Positions 55,652 through 64,000 of a DNA stretch of 64,000 bases are shown here, piece by piece. The position numbers were made by a program, and so were the translations under genes. Every line of letters starts with the position of its first letter. Position 1 is the first letter of the stretch. The notes under the pieces are model-generated. The model was not told the DNA's origin. It did not search any database and was given only the letters and a program-made list of their open reading frames with translations. The DNA is taken from IMG/VR virus record IMGVR_UViG_3300017991_000001, positions 147,085 to 211,084 of that record. One strand, 5' to 3'.

Positions 55652-56980
55652 TTACTTGTCGCTGATGCGGTTGACCGGTACGGCCATCGTGTAGCGAATG
55701 TCTCGGGGGCTGTGCCCCTTTTTCCTGAAGAACTCGAGCATGCTTTCGCGGCTGAAGGGGTCCTCGCCGGGCAGCTTGGTGTAGGGGTTGTTCTGGAGCT
55801 TGTTGTGGCCGGCGGTCTTGTTCAGCTCCTCGTCGGCGGCTTCGGAGATCACCTTCTCCAGCAGCGACGCGTCCGTGCGCGGCAGCGTCGGCAGGATCTC
55901 GGCGGCCTTCTCCGTGTCGACGCTCATGCCGTCCTTGGCCATGATGGCGTCCACCAGCTCCTGTCCCATCACGGAGGCGATCTTGTCCAGCGGGAGGTGC
56001 TTCAGGGCTTCCACCGGATAGGTGTTGCCGGTGGTCAGCGTGATGAAGCCCTCCTTGATGTGCTGAGCCTGCTTGGCGACCAGCTGGAAGAGCGCCTCCT
56101 CGGGCAGCTCCACGCCGTGGTGGTAGTGGTTGCAAATGCCGCTTTCGCGGTCGATGGCATCGATGGCGGCGGCCGTCTTCTGCAGGAAGGCCGGCGTGCA
56201 GGCTGTGACCGGCATGGCGTGGATGGTCTTGGCCACCTTGGCCAGCTTGATCTTCAAGGGCTTGTGCCGCTCGCCCAGCATCATCACGCGCTGAGCCACC
56301 TTCTCCGCGACATGCTCGGGGAAGGAGGCGCCGATGCCGGCAGCCTTCTCCAAGTATTCCCGCGTGTCGGCGCCGAAGCGCAAGGCACCCAAGTCAGCGC
56401 CGGCGATCTTCTCGCCTTTCTTCCAGCGCTCGTCGTATTCGTTGGCTTTTCTGAGGATGTTGCGCGCGGCGGTCTTGCGCCACGGATACGGGTAGCGGAA
56501 GCGGTTGGCGAAGAGGTACTCGCCGGCCAGCTTCACCGATATGGGATTGGGCATCGGGAACATCTTCACTTTCCTGCCGCCATAGTCGACTACCAGGGCG
56601 CAGTCCTTCTCGTCCGCGGCCTGCTTGTTCATGCCGGAGACGCGGTCCCAGTTGCGCCGGAAGGCTTTGACGAGGCCGGAGATGCCGAAGTGTTCAGCGG
56701 CCTTTTCGATGCGGGCTTGAATGAAGGCTGCTTCCTTCTTAGAGTAGCCCTCCTGGCAGAGCGTGAAATACGCCTGCGCAAGCCACGTGGCTGCTTTGGT
56801 GTGGCACGGGAACTTGCGTCTCCGGGAGTCGCCGAAGACATGGCCGGGGAGCTGGTCCACCCCTTCCCGATGTTTCAACGCCGAAGCGTTCTTGACGAAA
56901 TCGGGTATACCATGCAGCCGTTCAAGCGTGTAGAATCGCTGCTGGTTGGGGTCATCAAGAAAATCGCAAGGTCCGCGCAT
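55652..56980 (-). CDS. hypothetical K-x-A-rich protein, probably head-associated
   Basis: GGAGG RBS before ATG 56980; KNA, KQA, KTA, KLA sites; FPCHTKAATWL motif. Confidence 0.7.
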   Translation of the reverse strand: MRGPCDFLDDPNQQRFYTLERLHGIPDFVKNASALKHREGVDQLPGHVFGDSRRRKFPCHTKAATWLAQAYFTLCQEGYSKKEAAFIQARIEKAAEHFGISGLVKAFRRNWDRVSGMNKQAADEKDCALVVDYGGRKVKMFPMPNPISVKLAGEYLFANRFRYPYPWRKTAARNILRKANEYDERWKKGEKIAGADLGALRFGADTREYLEKAAGIGASFPEHVAEKVAQRVMMLGERHKPLKIKLAKVAKTIHAMPVTACTPAFLQKTAAAIDAIDRESGICNHYHHGVELPEEALFQLVAKQAQHIKEGFITLTTGNTYPVEALKHLPLDKIASVMGQELVDAIMAKDGMSVDTEKAAEILPTLPRTDASLLEKVISEAADEELNKTAGHNKLQNNPYTKLPGEDPFSRESMLEFFRKKGHSPRDIRYTMAVPVNRISDK

Positions 56981-59642
56981 GCCTTCTCCTCCAAACGATT
57001 TATCGCGCCACGTACCGCCTGCTTCGATACTAGCTCCGGCAGGGATAACCGTCAAGGATGTGACCCCCGAGGTTACCGACTGTCCCTTCTGTCATGAGCA
57101 TACGCTCTCCATCTACATGGACCCCATCCTGTCCGGCACGGGAAGATGGCTCAGGTGTTCCGCTTGTGGCAATCAGGGGGACACCATAGAGACGTACGGT
57201 CGCATGCTCGGCATCGACGACGTCAGGAAAGCGTTCCAGCAGGTGGTTGCCGACGGGCTCTTCAAAGCCTCCTGGCACGAGGTCACACCCGACATTGTTG
57301 ACAGCTACATCGCCAACTACCCCGGTCATCGCAGCCGCCTCGAAGGGTATTGGGAAAAGTTAAGGGACACCATCAATAATGTCGATCCCCGCATGGTGGC
57401 TCGAGGCCACGGCGACCACTTGTGGGGCGGCTGGAACACGTGTACCAAGGGCCGGCTCCGGCGTTTCCTGGGTGGCGGCAAGCGCAGAGACATCATCGAC
57501 ATCTTCGGCGACCGAAAGATCCTTCCTCGAAGGGGACATAATACCAACTTCGTCCTTAACTACCAGGATGTACCGGGCAGGATTTGCGCCTTTCAGTTCC
57601 TGGGCGAGGAGGCGGACACGCTGAAAATGTTCCACCGCTCCGGCAAGCGCACCGGCGGAGAGGGCGGCCTGTCCATGCTGGATGTCCTGGAGCCTTACGA
57701 GGACACCGTTTACGCGCTGGGCAGCCCACGCACCGCGCTGCTGATGCAGCAGTACAAGATGGGCACGCTGCCCGAACCCCTGAAGATGGTGGTGTACAAC
57801 CAGCACACGCGCAAGTCCTGGGACAGCATCTCGGCCCGGCGCGTGATCTTCTGGGAGGCGGCCCCGTCGCAGGAGCTGTTCGCCCAGGTGCGACAGATCG
57901 GGCTGGGCGCGGGGTTCGTGACCCACAAGCCGAACCTGCGCAAGCGTTCGGACCAGCTGCACGTCTACCTGTGCGAGCAGGGCCTGGAAGGGTTCATGCG
58001 GATCATGCAGCGCTTCGCCCGCCCCTGGCCGGAGGCGCTGGCCAAGTGGATCATCGACCAGAACATGGACGAGGGCCTGCTCCGGGGGTTGGCCAGCAAC
58101 CTGCAATTCGACCACGACGAGCGCCTGGCCATCATCGACGCCTTCCCCTCCCGCTACCGCGATCAGGTGGAGTTCTGCCTGGGCGACGAGCGCATCACCC
58201 TCAGCACGTTCGTGAAGGGGTCCGGCGTGGTGGAAGCCGACGGCGTGTGGAGCGCCATGCGCGGTTCCAGGGAGCGGGAGCTGGTCTCTGACGCGATCAT
58301 CAAGATCCTGCGCGAGATCACCGACGAGGACACCAAGAAGGTCTACTGGGACGGCTTCATCCGCTTCAAGGGCGAGCAGATCCCCTTCAACGAGCCGGTC
58401 GAGAACATCGAACTCAACCCGCGCAGGTGGTTGATCGGGGCGGTGGAGGCGGCCGGCCTGGGACGGCCCAACATACAGCACAGCTGGTCCAAAAGCCTGA
58501 TGCAGCTCGCGCAGCAGTTCTCCACGCCGCAGCGCATGTTCGGGACGTCCAGGCTGGGCATCCGCTCCGACGGGCGCGTCATCTTCCCCAACTTCACGAT
58601 CGAAGGCGGCCAGGCCAAGGAACAGCGGACCGTGATACGGGCGCAGGACTGCCCGGCCGCGCACATACACCCGCCGGTCAAGCGCCGCCTGCGGGACTGC
58701 GATGAGCCCTGCCCGGAAAGGTCCCTCTTCACGGCCATGATGACCTCTTTCGTCTCAGGCCTGATCGCGCCGCTGTTCGGCGACGAGCCCCGTCCCGTGG
58801 CGGTGGTGGGCCCCATCGGATCGTTCGGCCGTAGCATGGCACAGACCTTCTGCAAGCACGCCGGGATGCGCACCATCGAGCTGGAGGACGGGAAGTGGTC
58901 CGTGATCGACGGGGCACAGCAGCGCGTGGGCCTGCACAACTACCCCGTCATGCTCGACACACGTGCGCCGGGGCTGCTGAAGGACTGGAGCCACAAGCGC
59001 TCGAAGCACCTGTTCATGACCACGGACGTGGTGGAGGCTTCGGCCCTGTGCACGGGCGCCAACTGGGTGTTCATCTACGGGCAGAAGCTGACTCCGCTTA
59101 CACGAGCCATCGCGCCCTTCGACGACGTGCTCTGGTACCTGGCCGACCTGCAGCGCCGCAGGTATGAGCTGCCCCATGGCCAGGACCGTGAGGACGCTGT
59201 ACTCAAGGACATCTGTCTATGGTATGAAGGGTATCTGAGAAAGGAGGATTTGAGCCGTTATAATGAAACGCGCAAGGTGATGGCCACGGCCATGTCGCCC
59301 AGCATGGCGGCGATGCGCCTTTACTGCCACCTGTACCGGCAGAAGCTGGTCCGGCGGGACTACGAACCGTTCATGGCCAACGTGGCCGCCGGGGGCTCCA
59401 TAGGCAAGAAGAGCAGCAGCATCGTGATCGACATGGAGGAGGAGCGCGTATTCCTGTCCAGGGCCAGCCTACGCAACGCGGCCAAGCGAGCGGCCGTGCC
59501 GGCGCCGGACCTGGTGAAGATCTCCGAGGACCTGATGGAATGTGGCGCGCTATTCGAGACGGGGGCGTCCCTGGACGGATGGGTCGTCTCCCTGAAGGAT
59601 TGGGAGACGCTTGTCGCGGACTGGCAACGGTGGGACCTGTAA
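56979..59642 (+). CDS. primase/helicase-like protein with N-terminal zinc finger (possibly degenerate)
   Basis: CPFC...WLRCSACGNQGD resembles primase Zn-binding domains; AVVGPIGSFGRS is a degenerate Walker A; start uncertain. Confidence 0.5.
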   Translation: MPSPPNDLSRHVPPASILAPAGITVKDVTPEVTDCPFCHEHTLSIYMDPILSGTGRWLRCSACGNQGDTIETYGRMLGIDDVRKAFQQVVADGLFKASWHEVTPDIVDSYIANYPGHRSRLEGYWEKLRDTINNVDPRMVARGHGDHLWGGWNTCTKGRLRRFLGGGKRRDIIDIFGDRKILPRRGHNTNFVLNYQDVPGRICAFQFLGEEADTLKMFHRSGKRTGGEGGLSMLDVLEPYEDTVYALGSPRTALLMQQYKMGTLPEPLKMVVYNQHTRKSWDSISARRVIFWEAAPSQELFAQVRQIGLGAGFVTHKPNLRKRSDQLHVYLCEQGLEGFMRIMQRFARPWPEALAKWIIDQNMDEGLLRGLASNLQFDHDERLAIIDAFPSRYRDQVEFCLGDERITLSTFVKGSGVVEADGVWSAMRGSRERELVSDAIIKILREITDEDTKKVYWDGFIRFKGEQIPFNEPVENIELNPRRWLIGAVEAAGLGRPNIQHSWSKSLMQLAQQFSTPQRMFGTSRLGIRSDGRVIFPNFTIEGGQAKEQRTVIRAQDCPAAHIHPPVKRRLRDCDEPCPERSLFTAMMTSFVSGLIAPLFGDEPRPVAVVGPIGSFGRSMAQTFCKHAGMRTIELEDGKWSVIDGAQQRVGLHNYPVMLDTRAPGLLKDWSHKRSKHLFMTTDVVEASALCTGANWVFIYGQKLTPLTRAIAPFDDVLWYLADLQRRRYELPHGQDREDAVLKDICLWYEGYLRKEDLSRYNETRKVMATAMSPSMAAMRLYCHLYRQKLVRRDYEPFMANVAAGGSIGKKSSSIVIDMEEERVFLSRASLRNAAKRAAVPAPDLVKISEDLMECGALFETGASLDGWVVSLKDWETLVADWQRWDL

Positions 59643-60902
59643 ATGGCCCGTAACCCACAGGCCTTGACCATCGTCAAGAACATCTCCGGCGGGGGACTGT
59701 TCTTCGGGTGGATTCCTCCGCACGGCCGCTACCTCGAAGACGACGAGCGGATCGAAATACAGGGTACGCTCGAGACCCTCTTCCAGACGGACCCCAACAA
59801 GACCTACCTGCGCGAGTACCTGCGCGACATCGCCGACCAGCGTGTCGAGGTTTCCCACGAGGCCGGCTCCACGGTCGCCGCGCACACGCCTGTCGACGAC
59901 AACTTCGAGCTGGCCAACATCACCAGCGCGGAAGCCGAGTTCTACCGGGACCAGATGCTGTGTCTCTCGGAGGAGTCGGGCCTTTACCGTTTCGACGCGC
60001 AAAGCACGCTGACACCCGACGCCGACAAGGTCGTCATACCGTTCGACCTGCCGTCCGTGGCGCTGCCCGGACGCTGGATCAAGCTCACCGGGCCGGCTGC
60101 GGTGGTTACGCCGGGACCGACGGGCGTCACCGGGGTCACGGGTGCGACCGGGGCCGACGGGGTCACGGGTGCGACCGGGGCGACAGGCGTCACCGGTGCC
60201 ACCGGTGCGGGCGTGACGGGCGTGACGGGTGTGACGGGTGTGACCGGTGTCACGGGTCCTCCCGGCATGGGCACCGCGATCAAACTGGAAGTCGCGGACA
60301 TCGACAACCCGATCGAGCTGCATGGCGTCCAGGGCGACGAGAACGGGAAGCTGGCGGTTGTTTCACAGGTCAACGAGTGCAACAACGATTTCACCATCTA
60401 CTCGTGGGATTCGGGGGAGGCGCCGTCCAGCTCATCTTCGTCCTCTTCCTCGTCGAGCTCATGTGAACCTGAGGACATACCTTACACTGTGGATGGGGCG
60501 GTCGGCCGCTGGATCGCGGTGGGCGGCAAATACATCTACAACCTCCAGGACACAGGTGATTTCGACGGAGATCAGATAGTCACGTCCGGCAGCGGAATTA
60601 CAACGATCTCCACTGTTCCGGTGCCCGACAATACGGTTATACTGATCACAGTGTGGGTCTCGTGCCGGCGCCTCGACGACGAGGACCGCGGAGGGTATCA
60701 GCGTCAGGCGCTCGTGTACCGGGAAGGGGGCGGAACTGCCAAGAGGCAAGGCAACACGCAGACCCTGTTCACGAGGGAGTCGGTGGGCCAGTACCAGGTC
60801 TTCATCAATGTGAGCGGGAACAACGCGCTGATCCAGGTGCGGGGCCGCGTAGGCCATACGGTTAGATGGAAGAGCAAGTACTTCACCACGGAGGTCGCGT
60901 AA
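59643..60902 (+). CDS. collagen-like fibre protein 1 (FGWIPPHG N-domain, G-X-T repeats, poly-Ser)
   Basis: GVT/GAT triplets; 12-Ser tract; C-terminal [12 protein letters not shown] domain. Confidence 0.8.
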   Translation: MARNPQALTIVKNISGGGLFFGWIPPHGRYLEDDERIEIQGTLETLFQTDPNKTYLREYLRDIADQRVEVSHEAGSTVAAHTPVDDNFELANITSAEAEFYRDQMLCLSEESGLYRFDAQSTLTPDADKVVIPFDLPSVALPGRWIKLTGPAAVVTPGPTGVTGVTGATGADGVTGATGATGVTGATGAGVTGVTGVTGVTGVTGPPGMGTAIKLEVADIDNPIELHGVQGDENGKLAVVSQVNECNNDFTIYSWDSGEAPSSSSSSSSSSSSCEPEDIPYTVDGAVGRWIAVGGKYIYNLQDTGDFDGDQIVTSGSGITTISTVPVPDNTVILITVWVSCRRLDDEDRGGYQRQALVYREGGGTAKRQGNTQTLFTRESVGQYQVFINVSGNNALIQVRGRVGHTVRWKSKYFTTEVA

Positions 60903-60905
60903 CCA

Positions 60906-62120
<1,215 letters not shown>

Positions 62121-62131
62121 GGTTCACATGA

Positions 62132-63178
62132 ATGGCCATCGAAAGTGTTGTAGATATGGGCGAGGGCGTGCGATGCGCGGTCGTTTCACACGACCCGACA
62201 TCGACGTCCACTGACGTCCCCAAGGGCTCTCAGCTCTTCAGCACCAGCACCAACAAGTGGTATAGCAAGGACGACGACGGGGACACCACCAACGTAACCG
62301 AGTTTGGACCGCCCGGACCCACGGGCGTAACCGGCGCTACAGGCGTCACAGGCGCGCTCGGCGTGACAGGGGTCACGGGCGTGACGGGTAACGCCGGCCC
62401 CATCGGCGTGACCGGCGTCACGGGTCCGGCAGGCGCCACGGGTCCGCAGGGGGTTACAGGCGCGCTCGGCACGACGGGCGCCACCGGCCCGGCGGGCGCA
62501 ACGGGACCACAGGGCGTGACCGGCGCGCAAGGGGCTACGGGCGCGCAGGGCGCCACAGGTAACCAGGGCCCCACCGGGGCGACGGGGCCGCAGGGCGCGA
62601 CGGGACCTCAGGGCGCCACGGGCGCGCAGGGGGCTTCGGGCGCGACCGGCGTTACGGGCGCGATCGGTGTCACGGGCGTGACCGGGGCCACGGGCGTCTC
62701 AGGGGCGGGCGTGACCGGCGTCACGGGACCGACCGGTCCCACGGGAGTCACCGGGAACCAGGGCGTTACAGGCGTCACCGGCGCCACCGGTCCTGCGAGC
62801 GGCGTTTTCGGCAACGATTATCAGACCGTCACTTCCCTGACCGTCAGTTCCACCACGTCCTCTTCGTGGCAAACCAAGTTGACGTTGACGACGCCTGCGT
62901 TGACGGGAACATATCGCGTAAGCTGGACGTGCGGCTTGAGCCAGAGCAACCTGGCCGATCAGGTGGAAGGACGACTGTACAACACCACGGACGCCGCGCA
63001 GGTGGGGGTGGCCTACAACTACGAACCGAAACAGACCACGAACATCTTCCGCGCCGGCAGCTTCGCCGAGGTCGTCTTCACGGGGTCCGCCAAGTCGTTC
63101 GAGATCCAGTACAGGCAGCAGAGCGGACAAACGGCTTACATACAAGACGCCCGCATCGAGATTTGGAGAGTGTCGTAG
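62132..63178 (+). CDS. collagen-like fibre protein 3
   Basis: G-X-T/G-X-Q run; N-domain shared with fibre 2; distinct beta-sandwich-like C-terminus. Confidence 0.85.
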   Translation: MAIESVVDMGEGVRCAVVSHDPTSTSTDVPKGSQLFSTSTNKWYSKDDDGDTTNVTEFGPPGPTGVTGATGVTGALGVTGVTGVTGNAGPIGVTGVTGPAGATGPQGVTGALGTTGATGPAGATGPQGVTGAQGATGAQGATGNQGPTGATGPQGATGPQGATGAQGASGATGVTGAIGVTGVTGATGVSGAGVTGVTGPTGPTGVTGNQGVTGVTGATGPASGVFGNDYQTVTSLTVSSTTSSSWQTKLTLTTPALTGTYRVSWTCGLSQSNLADQVEGRLYNTTDAAQVGVAYNYEPKQTTNIFRAGSFAEVVFTGSAKSFEIQYRQQSGQTAYIQDARIEIWRVS

Positions 63179-63204
63179 CACCCGTTTAACGAGAGGAGAA
63201 AACG

Positions 63205-64000
63205 ATGTCACACACCTACACCTACAGCGTGGCGGACGATTTCCCCGACGGCGCGGTCAACGTGACCAAGCTGGTCAAGGAGATTGCGGCGGCGGAGTTG
63301 GGGGAGGATCTGGAACACATCACCACGGGCGAAGGGGGTGACGAGGACCGCCTCGACCTTGTCTTCGAGAACGAACTTTCGTCCGGCGACAAGACCAAGC
63401 TCGACGGTGACACCAGCGACCCGGCCGGAGGGCTCATCGCCGACCACGACAACGGCCCGTTCGTGCCCACGGACATCGAGTACTGGCTCACCCAGACGGC
63501 CGAGGTCACCATTGGCGACATCACCGGGCCCTGGAACGTGATGCAGATCCTGCAGCACAGAAAGGACCTGTACAACGATTCTGACAGCCCGCTCTATGAT
63601 GCCGAACACCAGCCGATTTTGGGTACGGGCGGCATCCTCGAAGACCACGGCGACAAGATCACGAACCTTGAGAACATCCACGCCAAGCTGGGCTGGCACA
63701 ACCAGCAGGTGTTGCAGGCGCTCTACGCCAAGCCGAAGGACCTGCTCATCTACTACGGCTGGACGAACAGCTTCAACAGCGGCGTCAACGGCTGGGACAA
63801 CTGGAAGGTCGCGCTCGACATGTCCCGCTACGAGCTGGTTGTCTTCGGCGCCGGCATCGAGGACTCCGGCCACGGCGACCACTCCAACTGCCAGGCCATC
63901 ATCAACTACATCAAGTCGCTCAACCCGAACACCAAGCTCTTCGGCTACGTGAGCACGAACCAGACCTACGCGAACTTCACCTCCAAGACCGACGACTGGG
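63205..64000 (+). CDS. partial gene; virion-associated protein with a putative glycoside hydrolase (GH114/GH166-like TIM barrel) domain
   Basis: GAGGAG RBS; open to the window end; LLIYYGW...YELVVFG...IINYIKSLNPNTKLFGYVS. Confidence 0.5.
   Translation, partial: MSHTYTYSVADDFPDGAVNVTKLVKEIAAAELGEDLEHITTGEGGDEDRLDLVFENELSSGDKTKLDGDTSDPAGGLIADHDNGPFVPTDIEYWLTQTAEVTIGDITGPWNVMQILQHRKDLYNDSDSPLYDAEHQPILGTGGILEDHGDKITNLENIHAKLGWHNQQVLQALYAKPKDLLIYYGWTNSFNSGVNGWDNWKVALDMSRYELVVFGAGIEDSGHGDHSNCQAIINYIKSLNPNTKLFGYVSTNQTYANFTSKTDDW

Noticed and set aside
55421-57097. 558-aa + strand ORF
   Set aside because: Shadow of the minus-strand genes, which have RBSs and protein-like composition.

Overview
This window is the virion-morphogenesis region of a large, high-GC tailed phage with a contractile tail (myovirus/jumbo-phage-like). 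It is almost entirely + strand and densely packed with overlapping start/stop codons. The order is: head-associated proteins, putative prohead protease, scaffold, capsid accessory and major capsid; neck, tail terminator, sheath, tube and spike/hub; a tail chaperone pair with a -1 slippery site; baseplate genes with an embedded sigma-70-family factor; a five-gene paralogous baseplate/fibre array; a glycosyltransferase cluster; a small accessory/minus-strand block; a primase/helicase-like gene; collagen-like fibres; and a truncated glycoside-hydrolase-like gene. No terminase, portal, tRNA, CRISPR array or integrase was recognised. All functional calls come from motifs and gene order read by eye, with no database search. 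Two patterns stand out. (1) Seven otherwise unrelated genes wedged between core structural genes start with the same ~11-residue leader, M-[ND]-x-[RK]-[AG]-[YF]-L-[ILF]-K-[EQR]-A. The leader is fused to different cargoes (ADP-ribosyltransferase-like, two HExxH metallopeptidases, JAB/MPN-like, glycine-zipper and polybasic proteins), suggesting a capsid-targeting, protease-released, virion-delivered effector system. (2) About a dozen predicted virion proteins carry mixed-codon poly-serine tracts, alongside Thr-rich collagen repeats and phage-encoded glycosyltransferases, suggesting tag-directed virion O-glycosylation.
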